A DNA stretch of 26,643 nt from Oculatellaceae cyanobacterium (GCA_036702885.1 DATNQC010000293.1:1-26643); one strand, 5' to 3'. Positions 1-8,323 are shown, counted from the first letter of the stretch. Translations and numbers: made by a program. Notes: a model not told the origin generated them from the letters alone.

Positions 1-2
1 AC

Positions 3-470
3 ATCGGCTTGGGTGATGGTGCGCAAAACGCCAAGTTGTTCGATCAAGGTGTTGCCGAACTACAGGCTGTCACCGGACAAAAACCGGTGGTGACCCGGGC
101 GAAGAAGTCTATTGCTGGCTTTAAAATCCGTCAAGGCATGCCGATTGGCGCAAAAGTGACCCTGCGTGGTGATCGGATGTATGATTTCATTGCCAAGCTG
201 ACCGGCATCGTTCTGCCTCGGATTCGCGATTTCCGTGGTTTAAGTGCAAAAGGCTTTGATGGTCGTGGGAACTACAACCTGGGCCTGAAAGACCAGCTGG
301 TATTCCCGGAAATTAACTATGACCAGGTGCAGCGCCTGCGTGGTATGAATATCACCATTGTGACCAGCGGCCGGACCGACATGGAAGCAAAAGCCTTGCT
401 CGAGCATTTAGGCTTCCCGTTCGCCAAGGCGAAAGGCGCTGAGAACCCTCCGCAGGCGCAAGCCTCTTAA
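3..470 (+). CDS. rplE: 50S ribosomal protein L5 (5' truncated by window edge)
   Basis: [53 protein letters not shown] and GMNITIVT are L5 signatures; the frame is open to the window start. Confidence 0.98.
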   Translation: MGLGDGAQNAKLFDQGVAELQAVTGQKPVVTRAKKSIAGFKIRQGMPIGAKVTLRGDRMYDFIAKLTGIVLPRIRDFRGLSAKGFDGRGNYNLGLKDQLVFPEINYDQVQRLRGMNITIVTSGRTDMEAKALLEHLGFPFAKAKGAENPPQAQAS

Positions 471-510
471 TCATTAGCAAGATAACGCAGGAATTTTAGG
501 AGATTCCATT

Positions 511-717
511 TTGGCAAAAACATCAATGATCGTGAAAGAGGAGAAACGTGCCGCCAAGGCTGCACGTGGTAAGTTCCCGAAGGTCAAATTGCACAATCGT
601 TGCAGTTTGTGTGGTCGTCCGCGTGGGTACTACCGCTTCTTTGGTACGTGCAGACTGTGCCTCCGTAAACTCGCCCACGAGGGTAAGCTGCCGGGTGTGC
701 TGAAATCCAGCTGGTAG
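511..717 (+). CDS. rpsN: 30S ribosomal protein S14, short zinc-binding (type Z) form
   Basis: [39 protein letters not shown] with four Cys; TTG start behind an AGGAG SD; spc operon position. Confidence 0.96.
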   Translation: MAKTSMIVKEEKRAAKAARGKFPKVKLHNRCSLCGRPRGYYRFFGTCRLCLRKLAHEGKLPGVLKSSW

Positions 718-759
718 TGAAGTAACGAACAGAAGTTTAGAAACAAGGGTAAACTGACC

Positions 760-1155
760 ATGTATAATGACCCCATTGCAGATTTGCTGACCCGCATTCG
801 GAACGCTTCGAATGCAGGCCTTCCCATGGTGGAAGTACCCGCCTCCAAGCTCAAGGTTGAGATTGTCAAACTGCTTTTGAAGGAAGGCTACATCCGGAGC
901 TATGAGATTCGCGAGGCTGGCAATCATAAGACCCTGCGGGTTTTATTGAAGTACGACGCCCAGGGCTACCCGCTGATCAGAAAACTGGTTCGCGTTAGCC
1001 GTCCTGGTCTCCGTAAATACTACAAGGCAAACAACCTGCCCAGGATCTTATCCGGTGCAGGCACGGCGATTGTCAGCACGCCCAAAGGCCTGCTGTCTGA
1101 CCGCGAGGCCCGTAAAGAAAACGTTGGCGGTGAAGTTCTCTGCTACGTGTACTAA
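760..1155 (+). CDS. rpsH: 30S ribosomal protein S8
   Basis: DPIADLLTRIRNA, SRPGLRKY, GTAIVSTPKGLLSDREAR, GGEVLCYVY. Confidence 0.98.
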   Translation: MYNDPIADLLTRIRNASNAGLPMVEVPASKLKVEIVKLLLKEGYIRSYEIREAGNHKTLRVLLKYDAQGYPLIRKLVRVSRPGLRKYYKANNLPRILSGAGTAIVSTPKGLLSDREARKENVGGEVLCYVY

Positions 1156-1205
1156 TTTCTGAGCGGCCTAAGCATTAAGACAAGAAACGGAAGGTAATTA
1201 AACCA

Positions 1206-1757
1206 ATGTCACGAATTGGCAAATCTCCAGTCCGCATTGCGGACAACGTGGAAGTTAAAATCGACGCTCATCCTAATGGTTCTACGGTAACGGTTAAAGG
1301 TCCTCTGGGGCAGTTAACGCGTACCTTCCGCCCGGAAGTGTCCTTTGCCTTGGAGGGCAATCAGGTGATTGTCTCCCGTAAGGATGACAGCCGGGAAGCT
1401 CGTTCGCTACACGGTTTAAGCCGAACGCTGTTGAACAACATGGTGTTGGGTGTCAGCACCGGTTTTTCCAAAAAGCTGGAAATCGTCGGTGTCGGCTACC
1501 GGGCGCAAGTGCAAGGCAATAAATTGGTTCTCTCTCTGGGATATAGTCATCCCGTGGAAGTAGAGGCTCCTGCCGGCATCACCTTTAAAGTCGAAGCAAA
1601 CACCAAATTGGAAGTTTCCGGTTCGGATAAGGAACTGGTTGGTCAGGTAGCTGCGCTGATTCGTAGCAAGCGGCCTCCGGAGCCCTACAAAGGCAAGGGT
1701 GTAAAATACGCGGATGAGCGGATCCGTCGCAAGGCCGGTAAAGCTGGTAAAAAATAA
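1206..1757 (+). CDS. rplF: 50S ribosomal protein L6
   Basis: [38 protein letters not shown]. Confidence 0.98.
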   Translation: MSRIGKSPVRIADNVEVKIDAHPNGSTVTVKGPLGQLTRTFRPEVSFALEGNQVIVSRKDDSREARSLHGLSRTLLNNMVLGVSTGFSKKLEIVGVGYRAQVQGNKLVLSLGYSHPVEVEAPAGITFKVEANTKLEVSGSDKELVGQVAALIRSKRPPEPYKGKGVKYADERIRRKAGKAGKK

Positions 1758-1801
1758 GCCGCAAGTGATTAGAGCAATAAGATTAAGCAGGTAATCGAAT
1801 T

Positions 1802-2164
1802 ATGTTGAGCAAATTGAATCGCAAGGCAATTACCCGCAAGCGCCACTACCGGTTGCGTCGCCGTCTCGCAGGTTGCGCCGAGCGTCCAAGACTCGCTGTT
1901 TATCGCAGCGGAAAACACATTTACGCTCAGGTGATTGACGATGTTCGCGCTGTAACTTTGGCTGCTGCGAGCACCGTTGAGAAGGAATTGCGGAATCAGT
2001 CCGGCGCAAATGTGGAAGCTGCTCGCAAAGTGGGCGAGCTTGTTGCAAAGCGCGCGAAAGAAGCAGGCATTACGGCTGTTGTCTTTGATCGCGGCGGCTT
2101 CCTCTATCATGGACGCATCGCGGCACTCGCAGACGCTGCGCGTGAGGCTGGTCTCGAATTTTAA
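1802..2164 (+). CDS. rplR: 50S ribosomal protein L18
   Basis: [47 protein letters not shown]. Confidence 0.98.
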   Translation: MLSKLNRKAITRKRHYRLRRRLAGCAERPRLAVYRSGKHIYAQVIDDVRAVTLAAASTVEKELRNQSGANVEAARKVGELVAKRAKEAGITAVVFDRGGFLYHGRIAALADAAREAGLEF

Positions 2165-2180
2165 TTTAACCACTCCACTG

Positions 2181-2210
2181 AAAAGAACCTGGTATTTGCC
2201 AGGTTCTTTT
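2181..2210 (+). terminator. Intrinsic terminator after rplR
   Basis: Perfect 12-bp inverted repeat aaaagaacctgg-tatttg-ccaggttctttt followed by ctttac, 17 nt after the rplR stop. Confidence 0.85.
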
Positions 2211-2397
2211 CTTTACAAGTCACGGTTTAAACGACAGGTTGGACTGGCGTTGAATGTCTTTTTCAGGAAAACGTACTGATATCTTCCCCCCCCCATGGAC
2301 TGAGCAGCAAGGCTGAAACCCGACAAGAATTGTCCTTCACGCTGCAATTGATTTACGCAGCCAAGTTAACCTTGAAAACCCAAGGATCGTTGCCACA

Positions 2398-2426
2398 CAA
2401 AAATCGGGAGGCATGACCTCCCGATT
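2398..2426 (-). terminator. Intrinsic terminator of minCDE
   Basis: 10-bp GC-rich stem aatcgggagg-catga-cctcccgatt; on the minus strand it is followed by a T run, downstream of minE. Confidence 0.85.
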
Positions 2427-2467
2427 CTAAATTTGAGAAACCGGATAAAATGACCCTGCAATCACCG

Positions 2468-2791
2468 CTATCCGGCAGTCACTTCAGGCCGAGCCCGTAA
2501 AACAGGAATGCTGGCTACTAGCGCAACCGTATTGGAGCCCGACTCCATGCTTTCAAGGTTTAATTCCAGCGCGTTTTTATCAATTTCCACATATTTGGAA
2601 ATAACATCCACCATATCATCTCTCATTTGTTCCAAGAGACTGGGGGAAAGCTGGGTGCGATCATGCATCAACACCAGCTTCAAACGATTCCGTGCATCAT
2701 TGCGTGCACTCTGGACGTCTGGCAGTGTCTTGGTTTGAGCGCTTTCTCGTGGCGGATCGAGCCAATCAACTAAGTTTCGTAACCAACCCAT
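2468..2791 (-). CDS. minE: Cell division topological specificity factor MinE
   Basis: ARNRLKLVLMHDR, LEQMRDDMVDVISKYVEID, ALVASIPV; follows minD; GAGGAG SD. Confidence 0.95.
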   Translation of the reverse strand: MGWLRNLVDWLDPPRESAQTKTLPDVQSARNDARNRLKLVLMHDRTQLSPSLLEQMRDDMVDVISKYVEIDKNALELNLESMESGSNTVALVASIPVLRARPEVTAG

Positions 2792-2834
2792 ATTATCCGG
2801 TCTCCTCTTGCTTCAAACATCATTTCTTGCAGGG

Positions 2835-3665
2835 CTAAGCGCTCTTGATAAAAAGACCTTTCAGTTTATCCAGCCAACTGGTTGGAACGTCCAGGTTCAT
2901 AAATGGTACATCTTCACCGGAAACACGGCGGGCAATATTGCGATACGCCTGACCGGCAAGAGAATTATCCGAGTTTACAATTGGTTCGCCCTTGTTGGTG
3001 CTGATGATAATCTCCTGATCTTCAGGGATTACGCCCAGCAGTTTGATAGAGAGGATTTCCAGCACATCATCCACATCCATCATATCGTTCGTTTTGATCA
3101 TCCCCGGACGCACCCGGTTAATGACCAATTTATAGTTCGTAATTTCTTCTTTTGCCTCCAAAAGACCAATGATGCGATCTGCGTCGCGTACGGAGGACAT
3201 TTCTGGTGTGCAGACGACAATGGCTTCCGTCGCACCAGCTGTCGCGTTTGCAAAACCTTGTTCAATACCAGCGGGGCTGTCAAGAAGCACGAAATCGTAC
3301 TCTGCGGACAATTGCTCCGTCACGGCTCTCATTTGATCTTCGTTCAACGCGGATTTGTCCCGTGTCTGCGCAGCCGGAAGCAGGCTTAAATTCGGCATAC
3401 GTTTATCTTTAACCAACGCCTGGGCCAGTTTGCAGCGTTCTTCAACGACATCCACAATGTTGTAAACAATGCGGTTTTCCAGACCCATCAAAAGATCCAG
3501 GTTCCGCAAGCCGATGTCGGTATCCACCAGAACCACTTTGTAGCCCATACGCGCGAGGCCGGCACCGATGTTGGCGGTCGTAGTGGTTTTTCCGACGCCA
3601 CCTTTACCGGAGGTGACGACAATGACGCGCCCGCTTTCTTTTTTTGATTTTGTCATACAGTGCAC
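2835..3665 (-). CDS. minD: Septum site-determining ATPase MinD (likely start ATG at 3656)
   Basis: VTSGKGGVGKTTTTAN deviant Walker A, DTDIGLRNLDLLMGLENR, DSPAGIEQG, DADRIIG, C-terminal amphipathic helix WLDKLKGLF. Confidence 0.98.
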   Translation of the reverse strand: MHCMTKSKKESGRVIVVTSGKGGVGKTTTTANIGAGLARMGYKVVLVDTDIGLRNLDLLMGLENRIVYNIVDVVEERCKLAQALVKDKRMPNLSLLPAAQTRDKSALNEDQMRAVTEQLSAEYDFVLLDSPAGIEQGFANATAGATEAIVVCTPEMSSVRDADRIIGLLEAKEEITNYKLVINRVRPGMIKTNDMMDVDDVLEILSIKLLGVIPEDQEIIISTNKGEPIVNSDNSLAGQAYRNIARRVSGEDVPFMNLDVPTSWLDKLKGLFIKSA

Positions 3666-3688
3666 TTCCTCACATTACTGGCCAATAA

Positions 3689-4654
3689 CTAATTCCTGGA
3701 CGCCGTCTTGAAGATTTTGATCTCCCCGTCAGCCACGCGGGCCGTTTCCGGAGAAACCATGTTCTCAGCGCCATCCTTGTGATAGTAAATCCGATCCGGA
3801 CGACGGGCGATATAGTCTGCAATCCGAAGCTGTAAGGCCTCAATTTTCATCGCCCGGATTTCCGATTTGAAGTTGCCCTTCGCGCCGGCATGCGCAATAC
3901 CGCGAAGTTCACCCCACACCACAATGTCTCCACCGGCGGTAATTTCGCTACCAGCATGCACATCGCCCACAATGACAATATGCCCGTCAAAGCGAACAGT
4001 TTGACCAGAGCGAAGCGTTTGCCGCAAGTAAAGGGTTTCAAAGGCGGTTTCCGGTAGTTCCAGTTCAACATGCGCCGGTTCAGGAGTAACTTTCTCTGTA
4101 ACCAAAGGCTCGACTAAAGGCGGAGTGGTATTGACGACCGATTCTTTTTCCGGTGGGGGCACTTCAAGCGCTTCTGGCGCAGATACGGCGGAAGAAACAC
4201 TTTTTACAGGTTTGGACGCGAAATTGGGCAAATCCACATCCAGTGATTTCACTGAACTGTTCGGCGTCGCCTCCATCGGAGGCGCGACAGGTTTATTCTC
4301 AATCTGCAAAGGGAGCGGCTGGCGCAGTGGCGTCCATTGGCTCTGCAGCTTGCCCTTTACGTACAGGCCTTCATCCAGCGCAGCCTGTTGTGTTTGAGGG
4401 ACGGATGAATACACCGTGCCCATGGCGGCGCCTGCACGCTGCAACTGTTGTTTAATCTTGAGCAGAATTCCTTTGGTCAAAAGCAAGTTGCCCGCGTTCA
4501 AATCCACCGAAATGGGAGCGCCATCCGTCGGCAACTGCGCAATAAATTCATCCAGGATCTGAAAAGCACGCGATGAATTACTGGCCTGAGAGACGTCAAC
4601 CAACAATGTGAGCGGTTGCCTGGTCTTATATGGTTGATCTGTCAAGTTAAACAC
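3689..4654 (-). CDS. minC: Septum site-determining protein MinC with long Pro-rich linker
   Basis: C-terminal beta-helix TLRSGQTVRFDGHIVIVGDVHAGSEITAGGDIVVWGELRGIAHAGAKG, ALQLRIAD, PETARV; upstream of minD. Confidence 0.93.
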   Translation of the reverse strand: MFNLTDQPYKTRQPLTLLVDVSQASNSSRAFQILDEFIAQLPTDGAPISVDLNAGNLLLTKGILLKIKQQLQRAGAAMGTVYSSVPQTQQAALDEGLYVKGKLQSQWTPLRQPLPLQIENKPVAPPMEATPNSSVKSLDVDLPNFASKPVKSVSSAVSAPEALEVPPPEKESVVNTTPPLVEPLVTEKVTPEPAHVELELPETAFETLYLRQTLRSGQTVRFDGHIVIVGDVHAGSEITAGGDIVVWGELRGIAHAGAKGNFKSEIRAMKIEALQLRIADYIARRPDRIYYHKDGAENMVSPETARVADGEIKIFKTASRN

Positions 4655-5425
4655 GATGACCCAAGACGCCTCTTCAATACTTCTAACGATCTATCCCGCA
4701 CGCTGAATCGCTGAAATCAGTCAACAGACAGCATACTTATCAGAATCAGGAAGTATGATAACAAGCTTATAAAAGGGCCAGCCACAACTGTTACACATTT
4801 TGAAGGTAAAGTCTTGTGAAGAGATGTGGTGATGATCTCTTGGCTCACGTTAACTGCAGGTGAGCTCTTGCGTATCCTGCAGTATAGTTCGTATGATTTT
4901 GGATTGATAGCGAAAGTGCTTCCTTTAGTTCAATAGTGCTAACCTAGGGATAGGTAGAAGCATTAGTGAGCATTTTGTGCATATTGAGATGTTCTCTATT
5001 TCTCATTTCGATTGGCATTGTGAGCTTGGGTTCAATTTTGCAAAGTATTATATCTTTTGAGTGGCATCGTTTTAAGGCTTTTACAGATTTGGGGTTAATT
5101 CGTTTGTAGCACTTCGCCGGAAATCAGGATGCCTATATTTGAATCTCTCTGATAGAGTTGAGTCTCAGCGCGAAATTCAGGGAGGTGCCGGTTACAGAGA
5201 TGTGTTAGCTTGATAATCTATAGTTTATTGTTAATAGCGCTTTGCAAGAAGGTTTGTTGTGTATTTATTGATGTTGCAGCATTAGTGAGTTTTTATCTTG
5301 AATAATTTCAAACACCCAAAAGTATTCTTGATGCAAAAACTGTAAAACAGCATCTTGTAGAACAGTTTTTTTTTTGAGTTAAACAAGTTTTGTTTTTATT
5401 GATTATTGGAGGCGGAATTTAGTCA

Positions 5426-5719
5426 ATGTTGCCTTCTAATCCTGTTTCTGGTGTTAAAAATGCTGTAACGAATGTAGTGAAAAATTTTTCATCCAAAGAG
5501 GTTAGTACTTCTCACATTGGTGAGGCTGTGCCTCAAAAAGTTGAAAAGGTGGTTACTCCTTCTGTAGATGAAAGGGTGGCGGCATTAAGATCTCAGCATC
5601 CATCCTTTGTTCAGATTAAGACAAGGTTAGGGTTAGATACTGCTCCAACGCTAGAGGCTCCGCATCCTTGGGCTAAGAAATGGGCTAAAAAATGGCATAA
5701 AAAATCAGGCCGTTGGTAA
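5426..5719 (+). CDS. Putative RiPP precursor peptide (GrrA/OscA-like triceptide-type), core ending HPWAKKWAKKWHKKSGRW
   Basis: 97-aa ORF with GGAGG SD (5408-5412), 17 nt upstream of a GrrM-like radical SAM gene; C-terminus carries three Trp-X-Lys motifs. Confidence 0.8.
   Translation: MLPSNPVSGVKNAVTNVVKNFSSKEVSTSHIGEAVPQKVEKVVTPSVDERVAALRSQHPSFVQIKTRLGLDTAPTLEAPHPWAKKWAKKWHKKSGRW
5669..5704 (+). repeat. Three tandem 12-bp units encoding WxKK
   Basis: tgggctaagaaa / tgggctaaaaaa / tggcataaaaaa. Confidence 0.9.
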
Positions 5720-5736
5720 TATAAGGGGAGTGGAAC

Positions 5737-6877
5737 TTGTGTCTTAGTGTCGCACCAGGCTCTCTAGGCTTTGTCTTGTTACAGGCTAGCCAGTTTTGTA
5801 ATCTGAATTGTGATTATTGCTACATCCCGGCTACGGAGAGGACGCAATATAAATTCATGGCTCTGGAAGATGTGAAAACTATTTTTAAAAAAATTTTTCA
5901 CATCTTCTTTTTTGTCACCGGATGGTTTAACCATTTTATGGCATGCAGGGGAGCCGTTAGCAGCCCCTATTTCCTACTATGAAGATATTATAGGTTGCTT
6001 GACTGACCTTAAAAACGAATTGCTCGGTATATCCTATGAGCTGTCATTTGACATGCAAACAAATGGCACGCTTCTTAATGATGCTTGGATAGATTTTATA
6101 AAGAAACATAGGATAGGTATCGGGATTAGTTGTGACGGCCCTCAATTTCTTCATGATAGAAATAGACGTTTTTGGAAAGGGCAAGGCACATTTGAGCAGG
6201 TATTAACCGGAATACAGCTACTAAAAGAAAATAATATTGATTTTGGAGCTTTGGCAGTTATTACCCCTGAGACTTTGGCACATCCGGATGAGTTTATTCA
6301 ATTTTTCATTGATATGAAAATCCCCCATTTAGGATTATTGCCTCAAACGCCAGCGCTCCCAGGGCAAAACATGTCGATATCTAAACAAGAGTTTTATGAA
6401 AAATCATTATCATTTGTCCGACGGATAGTGCAAATTCTGGAACATTCGTCCTACAAAGTTGGGATTAGGGAGCTGGATATCGTCGCACGTGAGCTTTTTC
6501 AGCAAAGTCATGAATACTTTATTGAAACCGAGCCCTTTACAAGCATTAGTATTGATATTAATGGGAACTTTAGTACCTTTTCCCCAGACCTTTTAGGTGC
6601 ACCGTCTAAAAAATACAATAATTTTATTATTGGTAATCTTCTACAAGATACACTGGAATCTGCCGCCCAAACAGAACTCTTTAAGACTATCTACCAGGAT
6701 ATTCAGCGAGGGGTGGATGTTTGTCGTTCGGAATGCGATTATTTTTCAATTTGCCGTCAACATACTCCCTCGGATAAATATGCAGAGCATGTTGCCTTCA
6801 ATGTAAGTGAAACATATGCATGCATCTTTTCTCAGAAGGTAATTACTGATGTTTTGTTGGATAAATGTGGGGTTTGA
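5737..6877 (+). pseudogene. GrrM/OscB-like cyclophane-forming radical SAM/SPASM peptide maturase, interrupted by a +1 frameshift at about 5887-5898 (pseudogene, slippage-dependent gene or sequencing error)
   Basis: Frame 1 has LQASQFCNLNCDYCY (CxxxCxxC); frame 2 continues TILWHAGEPL, MQTNGTLL, GISCDGPQFLHDRNR, PFTSISIDINGNFSTFSPDLLG and CRSECDYFSIC...ETYAC. Removing one base from A7 or T5 joins the halves into a protein of about 380 aa. AGGGGAG SD precedes TTG 5737. Confidence 0.85.
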
Positions 6878-7069
6878 ATACATTTTCCGTTGGTGGACAA
6901 AGTTCTGTGGCTATATTGGTCAAAATAGAGATTGTCAAGCTCCTGATGCCACAAAGTTTTATCAATAGCCCTGCTATCAGGTAGTTCGCCTTCCTATAAG
7001 GAACCCCAGCTTACCTCCTATCTATGTGCGATGTGGAGATTTATGAGGATGCAGGGATAAGGGTGAGAA

Positions 7070-8323
7070 TTAAGGATACAGTCCACGTAATGCCTTGGCG
7101 GAAGCGACACGGCCTACGCCAATCATCATGGCGGCGGTGCGGTTATCCACCTTTTTACTTTGTGCAACCTGGTATACTTCCTCAAACGCACGGCCCATCA
7201 GATAGCCCAGTTTCTCGTTGACTTGTTCTTCCGTCCAGAACAGGTGCTGGATGTCCTGCACCCACTCAAAGTAAGAAACGACAACGCCACCGGCGTTTGC
7301 CAGAATGCCCGGAATGATGAATACGCCTTTGTCTTGCAGAATCTTGTCAGCTTCCGGCGTGACGGGACCGTTCGCGCCTTCTGCCAGAATCTTGCATTGA
7401 ATGCGGTCTGCGTTGTGTTCTGTAATGACGTTGGCGAGCGCTGCCGGGACCAGAATGTCCACTTTCAGCTCCAGTAAGTCTTTATTTTCGATCATCGGTA
7501 AGTCGTCAAAGCCAACAACCGTGCCACGATCGGCGACATAGCTGAGAAGCCTCGGAATATCCAGCCCTTTCTCGCTGTAGATACCTCCTTGAACATCTGA
7601 AACGGCAACCACTTTGATGCCTTGCTGATGTAAATATTTGGCGGTGATGCTGCCGACGTTTCCAAAACCCTGAACGGCTGCCGTTGGCGTATCAACACCC
7701 AATTTCAACTTTTCCAGCGCCATTTTGACGGTATGGGCAACCCCCCGTCCGGTAGCCTCTTTACGTCCCAGGGAACCACCAACGGCCACCGGTTTACCCG
7801 TGACGACGCCTGGGACAGCATAGCCGATAAAGTTGCTATAGGTATCCATGATCCAGGCCATCGTTTGCTCGTTGGTGTACATGTCGGGCGCTGGAATGTC
7901 TTTTTCCGGGCCAATCATGGACAGGATTTCTGTTGTGTAGCGACGCGCCAGGCGTTCCATTTCACCAACGCTCATTTCTTCCGGGAAACAGCAAACCCCA
8001 CCCTTGGCGCCACCATAAGGCAGGTTGAGCAACGAGCACTTCCAGGTCATCCACATGGCCAGTGCTGCAACCTCGCCCAGGTTCACCTCATGATGAAAAC
8101 GAATCCCGCCTTTGGTTGGACCAAGTGACTGGTCATGTTGAACCCGATAACCGGCGAATACGCGAGTTTGACCATTATCTAACTTGATGGGAACGGATAC
8201 AATGAGGGCTTTACGAGGAAAACGCAGGCGTTCATGAATGCCTGCATCCAGGTTCATCAGTCTGGCAACCTCGTCCAACTGTTTTTGGGCGTTTAAAAAC
8301 GTCTCATTATAAAATTCCTGCAT
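7070..8323 (-). CDS. gdhA: Glutamate dehydrogenase (Glu/Leu/Phe/Val dehydrogenase family)
   Basis: GYRVQH, GPTKGGIRFH, MTWKC, GGAKGG, DIPAPD, VTGKP, GGSLGR, QGFGNVG, EGANGP, NAGGVVVSYFEWVQ. Confidence 0.95.
   Translation of the reverse strand: MQEFYNETFLNAQKQLDEVARLMNLDAGIHERLRFPRKALIVSVPIKLDNGQTRVFAGYRVQHDQSLGPTKGGIRFHHEVNLGEVAALAMWMTWKCSLLNLPYGGAKGGVCCFPEEMSVGEMERLARRYTTEILSMIGPEKDIPAPDMYTNEQTMAWIMDTYSNFIGYAVPGVVTGKPVAVGGSLGRKEATGRGVAHTVKMALEKLKLGVDTPTAAVQGFGNVGSITAKYLHQQGIKVVAVSDVQGGIYSEKGLDIPRLLSYVADRGTVVGFDDLPMIENKDLLELKVDILVPAALANVITEHNADRIQCKILAEGANGPVTPEADKILQDKGVFIIPGILANAGGVVVSYFEWVQDIQHLFWTEEQVNEKLGYLMGRAFEEVYQVAQSKKVDNRTAAMMIGVGRVASAKALRGLYP

Noticed and set aside
2808-3389. 193-aa plus-strand ORF
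   Set aside because: Antisense shadow of minD
4833-4937. 34-codon ORF in the AT-rich intergenic region
   Set aside because: No SD or recognisable motif; chance length
5737-5982. 81-aa ORF and the 5912..6877 ORF as two separate genes
   Set aside because: The SAM-cluster motif and the rest of the barrel belong to one protein; the tail after IFKKIF is out-of-frame sequence
4780-6960. GCCACAA near both islet edges as an attachment or target-site repeat
   Set aside because: Only 7 bp and expected by chance; no integrase or transposase is present
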